Translations under genes and position numbers: made by a program | In this document: positions 51,458-63,236 of the stretch, in pieces | Layout of the letters: every line of letters begins with the position of its first letter | Numbering within the stretch: the stretch's first letter is position 1 | Assembly (NCBI RefSeq): GCF_001194135.2 | Contig: NC_069003.1 | Span: forward strand, 13,151,583-13,214,818 | Reading direction: 5' to 3' | Source: Octopus bimaculoides | Lineage: Eukaryota | Length of the DNA: 63,236 bases | Notes under the pieces: generated by a model | The model's input: only the letters and a program-made list of their open reading frames with translations | Databases searched by the model: none | What the model was told of the DNA's origin: nothing

Positions 51458-51560
51458 TCTCTTCTGTGAAACTACGTGCCATCTCAGAGATGTTTCTGCT
51501 GTGTTCCAACTGTAATTTCTTCAGGCTTTCTTCATGTCTCTCTTTGGTATCTTTTAGTTC
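51458..51560 (-). CDS. CCDC152: CCDC152-like exon (103 bp) with atypical donor
   Basis: cttcAG acceptor. Encodes ELKDTKERHEESLKKLQLEHSRNISEMARSFTEE plus 1 nt. Donor A|GTTAAGTAT supplies the phase 1 required by the 42331 exon. Confidence 0.75.
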
Positions 51561-52674
51561 CTGAAGAACGGTCATTGTTAGAAGGACAATATGGTGGAGA
51601 AGAATTTGGACTGGAATATTTCAAACTCACACATGCATATACATACACATAAATACACAAACAAATTCACACTCATATTGTAACACAACATACATTCACA
51701 GGCATACACACAGGGACACACCCACCCACTCTCTCTCACACACACACACACTTACACACACTCACACATGAACACACATACATATACATTCACACTCTCA
51801 CACATGTATATACAGAAAAACACACCAACACACACTCAAACACAGACATACATTCACATATATACACACAGATGCACATGCGTGCATGCACATGCATGCA
51901 CATGCATGCACACACACACACACACACACACACAAGAACACCTGCATGGATCTCTGTCAGTTTCAACAATAAGAATTCAGTCGTTGATTCAACTGGACTA
52001 CCTGCCCATTGAAGTAGTATTCAAGTGGCTGAGTATTGCACAGACATGAGTACCCTTAACATAATTCTCATACAGAATCAGTATGAGACAGTAACACAGC
52101 TGGACTTTTACATGACAGGTAACGGGTACAGCCCATCCAGTGGGTTTCTACATACTTTCCATCTCCCCAAATTCACTCACAAGGCTTATTTCAATGTAAG
52201 TCTATGATAAAAATATGTGCACAAAGCAGGGGAGGTGTGTGGCTTAGTAGTTAGGGGTGTTGAACTCATAATCATAAGATTGTGGTTTCATTCCCTGGAC
52301 TGGGTGATGCATTGTGTTCTTGAGCAAAGCACTTCATTTTACACAACTCCAGTCCACTCAGCTGGCAAAAATGAGCAATTCTCCGACAAACTGGTGTCCC
52401 ATCCAGTGAGGGAATATATACACCAGAGAATCTGGAAAATCAACCCTATGAGTCTTAATGATAAAGGAAGGTGCATTATCCCTTTTTTAAAGCTATATAG
52501 CAGCCACAAAACCACTTAACATTTTTACTCAGACATCAAGCTATACTATTCATACACACATTTTTTTCATTATTTGTCTGTAAAGTTACATATGTGACTC
52601 ATGGGCCAAGAGTTTCATGCATTACACTTGATAAGTGCAACACATGAAACTCTTGTTTGGCCTATCGAAAAATA

Positions 52675-53536
52675 CAACATGCATTCCAGATGTCTTGAAA
52701 CCTTTTTTTTAGGAGAGAGTTATAATTGTCTTAGATTGGTTTAATTTTAGAATAACATTACTATACATCTAATAAGCTGACCTGCCAACTTTTATTATTC
52801 CAGGTTAAAGGAGACAGCTATAATAGTATTTTGAACACATCCTACTAAATACTACATGTCACAGCTGACTAGTTTGCAGAATGCAGTCGAGACATAGTTT
52901 TATATTAAACTGGGCAAAAACACTGCAGAGACTTATGAAATGCTCCAGACTGATTATGGATTAAGTTTTTCACTGGCACAAGAGGTCCAAGGACAGTAGA
53001 GATGAGGTGAGAGATGATGAGAGGTGTTGGAGGAAGAGGAATGTCAGAACATCAGAGCTGGCTGAGAAAATTCACAATTTTCTGGATGAAGACCATCATG
53101 TGTCTATAAAGACAATAAGAATACAGTTTGGGGTTGGCATGGCAACGTACACAGAACTATTCATGAAGATTTGAACATGTGTAAGACTTCTGCAAAGTTT
53201 GTTTCCAGGGTGTTCAGTGATGAGAATCTTGGTGACTGACTACTTGACAGAGATGGGCATCAAAACTGTCCCTCGTCCTCCCTACAATCCAGATCTTGCT
53301 CCCTGTGACTTTTGGTTGTTTCCAAAGCTGAAGGAAAACTTCAGGGGCAATCGTTTTGAAGATGAAGGAGGCTGTGACTAGGGTACTGGACACCTTCACT
53401 TTAGAGGACATCCATGGGGGCCTTCCTACAAGTGCATTAAAGTCAGAGGATCCTATTTTGAAGGAGATTAAAGTTTTGTACTTTGGAATTAAATTTTTCC
53501 CCTGGAAAAGTTTGAAAACTTCTGGAATGCACCTTG
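52675..53536 (+). mobile_element. Internally deleted mariner with both TIRs
   Basis: TIRs CAACATGCATTCCAGATG / TTCTGGAATGCACCTTG. Relic protein includes KLGKNTAETYEMLQTDYG, VRDDER and PPYNPDLAPCDFWLFPKLK. Confidence 0.85.
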
Positions 53537-53569
53537 TTAAAGCATGGGAAAATAGATGTTAAAACAACA

Positions 53570-54175
53570 AAAATAAGGTGGCAGCAGTGGAAGTGGCAAC
53601 AACGGAGGTGTCAGTGGTGGCAGCAACAGAGGTGCAGTCAGGAGGGGAGGCANNNNNNNNNNNNNNNNNNNNNNNNNNNNNNNNNNNNNNNNNNNNNNNN
53701 NNNNNNNNNNNNNNNNNNNNNNNNNNNNNNNNNNNNNNNNNNNNNNNNNNNNNNNNNNNNNNNNNNNNNNNNNNNNNNNNNNNNNNNNNNNNNNNNNNNN
53801 NNNNNNNNNNNNNNNNNNNNNNNNNNNNNNNNNNNNNNNNNNNNNNNNNNNNNNNNNNNNNNNNNNNNNNNNNNAGTGGTGATAGCCAAGGCAGCAGAGG
53901 TGGAAGCAGCACAGACAGCAACAGCATCGATGGTGACAGCAGAGGCAGAGACGGCAGCAGAGGCAACAGCAGCAAAAGTGGAGGCAGCAGTGGAGGCAGC
54001 AGTGGAGGCGGTAGAGGCAGTGGAGGCAGCAGTGGAGACAGCAGTGGAGGCGGTAGAGGCAGTGGAGAGAACAGAGACTGAAGGCAGAGGCACCAACAGC
54101 AGAAGTGACAGGAGTAGAGGCGGTGGCAATAATGATGTTGATGATGTTGATGATGATGATGATGATGATGTGACC
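53570..54175. repeat. GGCAGC/GTGGAG purine-rich low-complexity tract spanning a gap
   Basis: Repeated GGAGGCAGCAGT units plus (GAT)n. Lies in a CCDC152-like intron. Confidence 0.8.
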
Positions 54176-54422
54176 TAATTAGCAGTGGAAGTAAGTATTC
54201 TAAAAGTATAGTAACCAGAGTAAGAACAGGGTGACAAAAGTTCAGTAAGCTGTTACCTCTGTAGGTAAGAAAGGGTTTCTCTCATAGAGTAAAGAGGACA
54301 GAATGTATGGTGCTTGTATACAGACCGTAATGTGGTAGGGAAGCAAAACATGAGCATTGAATGTGAAAGATTTGCAAAGGCTTGAAAGGAGTTATGCAAG
54401 CAGGCTCCACTGGATATTCATT

Positions 54423-54841
54423 CCTTTAGCATTTAAACCTACCATACCCAGCCCAAATATTCTACCTGTTTTATACTCAAACTGACCAGATCCAGTTTCT
54501 CACACCTACCCTACAATGTCATTCTAAAAATATAGCCACATCATCGAAATCTCATAGCAAAAAGGTAATGCATGATTAATTCAAAACAATGTGAATAAAT
54601 AAGCATTGTATTTGACAGAGTTATCTGAATGCTAAAGGGTTAATCCTTTAGCATTCAGATTATTCTGTGAAATGAAATGCTTATTTATTCACATTGCTTT
54701 GAATTAATCATGCATACATTATCTCATAACTTTGAAATTTCAATGATGTGACTGCTTATTTTTAGATTGTCATTGTAGAGTATGTGTGAGAGGATAGACC
54801 TGGCCAGTTTGAATATAAAATAGGTAGAATACCTGGGTTAA
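54423..54841. mobile_element. Inverted dimer of piggyBac-like MITEs joined at TTAA (54640-54643)
   Basis: ...TGAATGCTAAAGGG|TTAA|TCCTTTAGCATTCA... with reverse-complementary bodies of about 200 bp. Confidence 0.8.
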
Positions 54842-56640
54842 ATGTTATCAATTGGCAGAGAATTTGTTGTTTTGCAGAGGTGGGAAGGAAAAGTAAAAAG
54901 GAGAGAAAAGAGAACTTGAGGAGAGTAAGATTGGAGGCAGAGAAGGAGAGAGAGAGAGACAGACAGACAGACAGATAGACAGACAGACAGAGACAGACAG
55001 ACATGCAGGCAGGCAGGCAGGCAGACAGACAGAGCCAGAAACAGAGAAAAATGTTTGATGGGATGGGAGGGTTAAAATACGACAGAATGGGAAAAGTAGT
55101 TAGTTTATGGCAAGCTAGGAATTTTTTGTGTTCTTGCTCAGAGAAGTGATCACAGCAAATAGCTTGCCACCAGCAATGTTCCCATGTATAAAAAAGAGAG
55201 TTTGGGGGGAGACGAAGGCTGGAGGCAGAGAAAGAGAGGGAATAAGTACAAGACGGAATAGGAGGATTAAAATGGAACAGAATGAGAATGTTGGTTAATT
55301 TATAACAGAGAGAGACTTTTTTGTTGTTGTCTGGGGCAATGATTGCAGCAAATAGTTTGTCATTTGCATTATTCCCATGCTCATTTGTATACACACACAC
55401 ACACACACACGCACGTGTGCGCGCACGCGTGCGCACACGCATATATACATATGAATGGTGGGAATCATTGGTTGGCTAGAAAATGTTTGCATATAAACAT
55501 ACACACACACACACACACACACACTCACATACATGCACATATACATACAAATACTAGAAACACAGTCACATTCATATTTATCACAAATATGCCTATCAAT
55601 ACATAAGAAAAAAATAGAATAAACAAAAATAAAAATAACCGAAATAAAATTTAAATAAGTGTAAAATTATATATTTATAAAACCAATCTCACAAGCATAA
55701 AAACAATGAGGTGTGGATGGAATTAGGAAAAAGAGGAGAATTGTTTATTCATGTTTATTCATTGTTTATTCATTGTTTATTCATGCTGAAGTGGGGAAAA
55801 TGTTCTGAGGGCTAATATCATGTACTGCTTATTGCACTTAATAGTGTGTGATACCCTATGGTGGGAAGAGATATTTATGTACTTGGAGGTTGCATAAAGA
55901 AATGCTGACCAGTTAAAATGGAGGGAAATTGTGGCAGAGGGAGACCCAGGAAGATATGGGACAAAGTATCAAAATGCTGAACCTTATGAAAGAGATGACA
56001 GCGGTTCAAGATATGTAGTGCAATTCTATACTCAAGAAGACCTGCCTACCACAAAAGAATTGAGATCCTGAAACCAAGGTGCCGTGTAAAAGGCACTGGT
56101 TTGAGTGCTGGTGCCGTGTAAAAAGTACTGGTGGTGGTGTCATAGAAAAGCACCCAGTACACTTTATAAAGTGGTTGGCATTAGGTAGAGTATCTAGCCA
56201 TAGAAACCCAACCAAAATAGACTATGGAACCTGGTGTAGCCCCTGGGCTTGCCAGTTGTTGTCAAACCACCCAACCCATCTCAGCATAGGTTGGTCAGTT
56301 CTACAGGAACCAACAAGTCAGATGTCTGTGCCAACAAGTCCAGTGTCTGCTTTGACATGATTTCTATAGCTGGAAGCCCTTCCATTTTACAGAGTGTACC
56401 AGGTGCTTCCTTCGTGGCACTGGCACTAGTGAGGTCACCAAGTAACTCACAATACATGACCCCTCAACTGAAATGGAGGTGTAGTAGTGAGGGCAATGGC
56501 TTTATGGCTTTATGCCAGGCATTGAGAGGTCAAGATATGATAGAGGGCCAAAGACAGGTGTCTTGATGAAGAGGAGATATATGACAATGATGTGCATGTG
56601 TGTGTGTGTGCATCAGGGTTTATGTGGACACTAATCTTAA

Positions 56641-56849
56641 CCCTTTAGCATTCAAATTCCCTTTATTTATTCACATTATTTTGTATTAATCGGGCATTAT
56701 CTTGAAGCTTCAAGATTTCAGTGATGTGATTGTCTTTTCTTTTTAGAATAACATTGTAGGATAAGTGCAGAAGGACAGATTTGACCAGTTTGAACATAAA
56801 ACATGTAGAATATTTGGGCCGGATATGGCTGGTTTAAATACTAAAGAGC
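56641..56849. mobile_element. piggyBac-like MITE
   Basis: TTAA|CCCTTTAGCATTC...AAATACTAAAGAG..TTAA. Confidence 0.75.
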
Positions 56850-57105
56850 TTTAAAAAATCATTGTTGTTTAAATTGTCTCTTTGACTGTGGTTCAATCAG
56901 TAGGGATTGATAAAAATAAGTCACAGATTAATACAGGCTGATACTAAAGTTACACTGATTGAGTAAATCTCTTCAAAGATGGTGACCCAGAATGGTCACA
57001 GTCCAATTATTGAATCCAGTAAAAGAATAAAAGTTCCAGTAAACAAAACTAATTACAAAAATATCATCAATAACATTTTCAACAAAAAGAGAAAAACAAA
57101 AATAC

Positions 57106-57170
57106 CTTTTCAATAATTGGTATCTGAAGATTTTTCTCTACCAGAATTTTCTTTAATTCTCGAACTTCAT
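57106..57170 (-). CDS. CCDC152: CCDC152-like exon (65 bp)
   Basis: ttttgcAG acceptor and AAG|GTATTT donor. Encodes (D)EVRELKKILVEKNLQIPIIEK. Phase 1 in, phase 0 out. Confidence 0.8.
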
Positions 57171-58216
57171 CTGCAAAAACAAAGGCAGAAGGGAGGTGGA
57201 GGCAGAGTAGTTATGATAAATATCTGAGCTTGTGTTGCAAATTTTAACTTCTTTTGATTAAATTTGAGTTAAAATAATCCCACCAAAACTTCTAATGACA
57301 TGGAAATAAAAATTTGGTATATGAAGGACAACCTCAGGACACTGAACCTTTCAGAAGTGATGACAAAGGACCAAGATATCTGGTACCTTGCTGTACTCGA
57401 GAAGACCCATCCTCCACAGCAGAAGACTTAAGGCTGCTCCCACTGATGGAGAGAATTGGCCTGCAACAGTCCTGTGTCGGTACCATATAAAAAGGTCCTC
57501 ATGTTGGTGGCAATGTTAAAAGCACCCAACACACATTGTAAAGTGGTTGGCATTAGGAAGGGCATCCAGCTGTAGAAACCAAGCCAAATCAGACAGGAGC
57601 CTGGTGCAGCTCCCCAGCTGGCCAGCTCTGGTCAAGCCATCCAACCCATGCCAGCATGGAAAATGGATGTTAAAGGATGATGATGATGATGATACAACTA
57701 AGGCAGTATTAAATTAAAATAGCCACTTATGTATCATACCTTTGCACTACAGAACACACCTTTCATCAATATTTGTGTGGGGGGGGGGATCATTTTGAAT
57801 CATTTATGATTTTAGAAGGTTCAAATAATGTTTTTGTGCATGTATGTGTGGATAGTTCATGACACCTTGGGCAAGCTAGTTACAGCAGTATTTATCTTGA
57901 GCATGTCCAGAACAATTACTGCAGTAACTGGACTATTGATATTGTGTATACATTGAGTATGATCCATAGATGGATACGGAAATTAATTTTGTTTGATTGT
58001 CTTTGATTGGCCGAAAATATTGTATGGCTGCATGACTAAGAAGCTTGTTTCCAAACCATATGGTTTCAGATTCAGCCCCACCATCCAGCACCTTGTTATA
58101 ACCAGAGGCAAAACCAAAGCTTTATGAATGGAATTGTTAGACAGAGACTAAAAGAAACCTAGAAAATTACTATTTTTACATCTCACAACGAGAGATATTC
58201 AGCAACAGTACTTTGG

Positions 58217-58479
58217 AGTAAAGATTGTTTGCCAACATAATACGGCAGTCCTGGTTTAGGACTAATGTTGCTGCAATTTAGTCTCCAGCTGGCTATACGA
58301 CATGATCTGTGTCCTTATATTTTCAAACTGAGTTAAGGTGCTAGATTCCCTTGTTTGAAAATATAAGCACACAGATTGTATTGTATAGCCAGCTGGAGAT
58401 GATGTCTCCTGGGGCTAAATTACAGCAACATTCGTCCTAAACCAGGACTGCCATGTTATGTTGGCAAGCAATCTTTACT
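58217..58479. mobile_element. Palindromic fold-back element (MITE-like hairpin)
   Basis: 58217-58328 pairs with 58343-58479 apart from a 16-nt bulge. The central loop is short. Confidence 0.8.
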
Positions 58480-59173
58480 GGCAAACACATATACAGCACA
58501 CACACACACACACACATACACACACACACACATACATACACACACACACACATTCACACACAATAGGCTTCTTTTAGTTACTATCCACCAAATCCACTCA
58601 CAAGGTTTTGGTTGGCTTATGGCTATAATAGAAAACACTTGCCCAAGGTGCTGTAGAGTGGGATTCAACACAAGATCACATGGCTGGGAAACAAGCTTCA
58701 TAAGCACAGAGCCACGCCTGTGCCTCTATGTGTATTTGTGCTAAGTGCTTCAAAGTTTCACTCAAGGCCTCAATGAAGTGCTTTCAGATCAACCCCAACA
58801 CCTGGGAAATGCAAGTACAGGACTGCCCTGCCTGATGTAGCTGTGACTTTGCCTTTCATCCTTTCGGGGTCGATTAAATAAGTACCAGTTATGCACTGGG
58901 GTCGATATAATCGACTTAATCCGTTTGTCTGTCCTTGTTTGTCCCCTCTGTGTATAGCCCCTTGTGGGCAGTAAAGAAATAAGAAATACAGTTTCTTACA
59001 CTTACCCTACACTGTCATACTAAAAGTAAACAATCCCATCATTGAAACTTCAAAGCTACAAGATGATAATGCATGATTATTTCAAAACAATGTGAATAAA
59101 TGAGCATTACAGTGGACAGAATAATTTAAATGCTAAACCCACCTTGTGAAAAAACAACAGAGAAAATGCTTAC

Positions 59174-59242
59174 CTTCTGCAGATATCAGTATATTAATCT
59201 GCTTCTGTAAACCATCAATCAGTTCATGGAGTTTCAGGATAT
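59174..59242 (-). CDS. CCDC152: CCDC152-like exon (69 bp), most 5' exon found
   Basis: ttccAG acceptor and G|GTAAGC donor. Encodes xILKLHELIDGLQKQINILISAE(D), compared with recalled human ATLHNIIKGLQQTI. Phase 1/1. Confidence 0.82.
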
Positions 59243-59966
59243 CTGGAAGAGAATTAAACTGTGACCTTAGAGCCATATGAGGGTGTGTAGTGGGAGAGAA
59301 CACAACTACATTAGAGAAATGTGAGGTAAGGATCAAGAAATGAATAGATGGGCTATACAAGGGAGAAATGAAGAAATGACAGGAATGGTTAAGCAGTATT
59401 TCTAAAATATAACCTTTTAGTCAAGGTTCAAGAATAAAGTAAAACTCTATGAGAGTCAGGAAATGATTCTAAAAGATTTTAGAATCTTTTTGGATTATTT
59501 ATGATCTCAGAAGGTTCAAATAATGTTTTCGTATGTGCGTGCGTGCATGTGTACATGTTTGTGTGGACAGTGCATGATACCTTGGGCAAGTATCTTCTAC
59601 TATAACCCCAGATTGACCAAAGTGTTGTGAGAGGATTTGGTAGACAGAAACTGAAAGAGGCCCTATGTTTGTCTTTTTGTTTGTGTTAGCCGGCCACAAC
59701 CACTAGACAACTGGCACTAGTTTGTTTACATCTTCGCAACCCAATGACCGAAACAAGTAACAGACAAAAGATACACACACAATATATATATACGCACACA
59801 TATACATGCATAAATACTTCTCAGATACTTTGCACTACAGAACACACCTTTCACCAGAGAGAGAGAGAGAGAGAGAGAGAGANNNNNNNNNNNNNNNNNN
59901 NNNNNNNNNNNNNNNNNNNNNNNNNNNNNNNNNNNNNNNNNNNNNNNNNNNNNNNNNNNNNNNNGG

Positions 59967-60006
<40 letters not shown>

Positions 60007-60149
60007 CATTTTGGATCATTTATGATTTTAGAAGGTTCAAATAATGTTTTTGTGCATGCATGTGTGGGCAGTTCATGACACCTTGGGCAAGTCTCTTCTA
60101 CTATAGTCCCAGATCAACCAAAGCCTTGTGAGTGGGTTTGGTAGACTGA

Positions 60150-62760
60150 AAGCTGTATATATAAAAAGGAATTAAAGGTAATGCTATGCTACTTCATAAT
60201 AATCGATATTATATACTTCGGGAGACCTATATGTTAAAGGTAATGTGTTTAGAATTATCCAAGCTGAAATTCCATAAGTCTTTTTTCCCCCTTTCGAAGC
60301 AAACTCCATGAAGCTATACAAAAAATAAGAAACTCTAACAGGTCCTTAATCTTCTCAGATAAGACTAAGAACTTATACATGATAGGCACACACTTACAAT
60401 AGACTTTTAAATGATTCTATTACATAAAAATACAGACACAATTCCCCACACACTTATATCATTAACTGTGAAGCTAAACAGATAGCAATTAGCCTGGGTA
60501 TAGCAGACAGAGTAGAGACCTTGGCCAAGAAAAATGAGTTTATCACTTTAAAAGACCACAAGTCGAACTTTGGCTCTAACCCCAAATGCTACCTGATCAA
60601 CCTGGCCAAATCCGAGATTGATCAAGCAAGTAAGTATATACTTAGGAAGATTAATGACAACATAAGGAGGGCCACAGGCCTCCCTCTGTGGTGCAGCACC
60701 AATGAAGTGACTTCATAGTTTAATGCCAATCGAAGCAGAGGCAGGTCTAGGTTTACACAGTTCAACATTATTGTCAACTTTTACCCACCAATTTCAAAGA
60801 GTTGCTGATGAAGGCATTTTCTTTGCTAAGGGCTTCACAGACATTAGTGATAGTGATATAAGTGTTATCATGCATGCCAGGAAAACAGTACTGTTCAACA
60901 AAGATTCGATATGGATCAAGCAATCTGACTCCGAGGGCGCCTTCAATGTGGCTATGGGAGCCTATGACAGCACCGATGTCTGCAATCTTATCGGACTGTA
61001 ATCCTAGACATCTTAAGGAAGATGTCTAGGATGCACAGTCTCTACAGAAATGATGCCCTAGCCATCTCTAGAAGAGCCAAAAGACACAGACCGGATGGAC
61101 TTAGAAAGGACTCAAGATCACTATTGAGACTAATCTCACCACAGTAGATTTCCTAGATGTTACTTTAGATCTGGGCTCTGGTACATATAGGCCCTATCAC
61201 AAGCCAAATAAGAGGCTGTCCTATGTTAACACAGCCTCCTGCCACCCCTCTATAGTGTTCAAGAACCTAGTGAAAGGTGTAAGCAAGAGGATTTTGAATC
61301 TATCCTCTAGCCAAGATATCTTCAATGCTACTGCTCCACACTACAACAAGGCACTGGCATCAAGTGAGTTTAAGGACCACATCTCCTACATGCCAGGCCC
61401 TAGCACCTGGAAAAGGAAGCACTGCAGAAACGTCATTTCGTTTGCCCCACCCTTCTCACTCAATGTCAAGACATGTGGAAAGGATTTTCCTCAGGTTAAT
61501 AGATAAGCACTTCACACAGACACATAGATACAGGCATTTATTTAACAGGCACAACCTAAGAGTCTCCTTTAGTTGTGCACCTAACATAAAAAGTATTTTA
61601 ACAAACACCCACAAAGCAAGAAAGGAGGCAGGTTGCTCTTGCAGGGTATACAATAACCGTCCAGTAGGAGGATGATGCAAGGCCAAAAGAGTCGTCTATG
61701 AAGCCACAGTGACACTTAGATCTGCCATCTGTATTACCAGCAATGTACCATCTAACAACAATGATGGCACTGGAGGTAATGACAGTAGCAGATTAAGCAG
61801 CTCTTACGCCATCGACCCCAGCACAATTGCCACAGCCAGACTAGCTGTACAGAGGAGATAACCGATGACTCCAGTACCACCACCACAGATGATGACAAAA
61901 CCATTATCATTGACACTGATGAAGTGACCAGCCCTGCACTGGCCACACCTACACTACTGCCAGCAGCATCAACGCCAGCCATATGATCAGAGGCGAAAAC
62001 TACAGCAATAACAATTGCGGAGATGTCAAACATATCAACACCACTGGATCATTGTACCATAACAACATTGCCAACACCAGTGATACCAGTAACATCCCCA
62101 GGCTCAGAGCCCACAAGAGATACACCAGGAGTGTGAATGTAGCCACCTCCCAAGCTTGTAAATATATTGGATCAGCCAGCACATCTCTCGAACGATGCTT
62201 ACACAACCACCAATCATCCTTCAGAGACCCAGAAAGACGTTTTGTTACATCCTTGGCCAGCCATGTGTGGCACCTCAAAGAGCAAAGGATCTCATATGAT
62301 ATCAGATGGAAGATCATAGAACATCCATATGTTAATGGGAGTGGCTGTGGCAAAATCTGTATCATAGAGAAAACCAAAATTCTTAAGGACTATGCTAAGC
62401 CTGGTGCATTAAATAATGGTAAAGAAATTTTCTCAAAATGTGTTCATTTCCTGGTTACGCTAATACGAGACCATAAAGATTTTAATTATAGCTTTTTTTT
62501 TAATCTTCTGGTCCAGGAGAGATAACCCATCCTCAATAACGATTTATGGGTCAGGTGTTTCTCCTCGTTATCCTAGCATTTCCTCATGTCTGCTAGGTGG
62601 GAAGTTAAATTTGTCTTTGTATAGAGTCTGATTAACTGTAGCTTTTGTGGATACGAAACCATTGGCCACTCTATGACCAGGATTAAACTTTTTGTTTTAA
62701 CACTTATTGCTCTATTCTTTAGAGTGTGTTCCTTTTTCTGATATATGTTAAATTGACAAT
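60150..62760 (+). mobile_element. Penelope-like element, long relic (RT plus GIY-YIG, 3' UTR)
   Basis: FITLKDHKSNF..NPKC, AMGAYDSTDVCNLIG, LYRNDAL, VDFLDVTLDL, RVVYEATV...KYIGSAS...HNHQSSF...WKII, with several frameshifts and stops. Confidence 0.9.
62621..62674 (+). ncRNA. Decayed hammerhead motif 3' of the PLE ORF
   Basis: atagagt CTGATTA ... GAAA cc-att-gg cc actctat. Stem I has 7 perfect pairs and stem III is CC/GG. G8 is mutated to T, U16.1 to C, and stem II is poor. Confidence 0.55.
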
Positions 62761-62899
62761 ATATATAATGTACTGTTCCATGATAGATATATAGATATAC
62801 AAATATACACATTTATATATACTATAATATACAATATAATATATAATATCATATATAATATAATATTTACATCATAATATAATATATATATAAATAATA

Positions 62900-62990
62900 C
62901 TAGCAGAAATACCCGGCGTTGCCCGGGTTAAAGAGAATAATGAAATCTAAAAACGCCGTCTAGACTACGCATCATCTTTATATATAGAGA
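62900..62990 (-). mobile_element. Complete 91-bp non-autonomous Helitron
   Basis: Minus strand reads A|TCTCTATATATAAAG...ACCCGG-gcaacg-CCGGGT atttctg CTAG|T: 5' TC, subterminal hairpin, 3' CTAG, inserted between A and T. Confidence 0.8.
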
Positions 62991-63236
62991 TGTATATACA
63001 CACACGCACCCAAACACACGTATATATATGTATATCAATATAAATATATGAAAGTCAATGAAGTTTCGTAAAAGAAGGTGATCATGTACATACTTTCTTG
63101 CTGTTGTGATTATAACACCTCATTGTAAACTATGTTCCTTGTTTTCCCTTGTGGAGCATATACAAATAGGTTTTTTGTTGCTGCCCACTCTTGAGCAGCC
63201 AACATACAGTTGTCCATGTGAGAAGCAGGGCTCTTC

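Noticed and set aside
51470-51480. GC donor (ATG|GCACGT) or GTAGTT donor for the 51.5-kb exon
   Set aside because: The GC site gives phase 0, which is incompatible with the next exon. GTAGTT is phase-compatible but a poor U1 match and shortens the alignment. It is not fully excluded without RNA data.
53534-54178. Ala/Glu- or Gly/Ser-rich structural protein ORF
   Set aside because: All frames are open because of low complexity, the tract is intronic and gap-spanning, and it has no supporting exon structure.
63085-63160. Candidate upstream CCDC152-like exon with a GTATGT donor
   Set aside because: Stops occur in all three frames, including the required one.

Overview
AT-rich, microsatellite-dense animal genomic DNA with N-gaps. 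The SINE, MITE and Penelope landscape points to an octopod cephalopod (inference, not a database result). Two spliced genes face each other tail to tail. (1) A + strand SLC25 mitochondrial carrier has 7 coding exons at 8362-25574; they join in frame and give three PX[D/E]XX[K/R] motifs, but the first coding exon was not found. (2) A - strand coiled-coil gene resembling CCDC152 has 6 coding exons at 59242-39245, and its 5' exons were not found. One of its introns needs an atypical shifted-register donor, AGA|GTTAAGTAT. The rest is repeats: several SINE families, TTAA (piggyBac-like) and TA (Tc1/mariner-like) MITEs, two mariner relics, RTE and R4/NeSL-like LINE relics, a complete 91-bp mini-Helitron and four Penelope-like elements (PLEs). 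The most interesting signals are RNA-structural. A 2.2-kb fold-back PLE has a 12-bp TSD, an unpaired tail of about 36 nt and a hammerhead motif in each arm. A second PLE carries a U3-A8 variant hammerhead. A 321-bp retrozyme-like unit sits just behind an SLC25 exon. A third PLE has its GIY and YIG motifs separated by about 155 codons. A coding-like 42-bp repeat starts in frame right after the SLC25 UAG. No prokaryote-type systems such as CRISPR are supported. Repeat boundaries are approximate unless a TSD or TIR is quoted.
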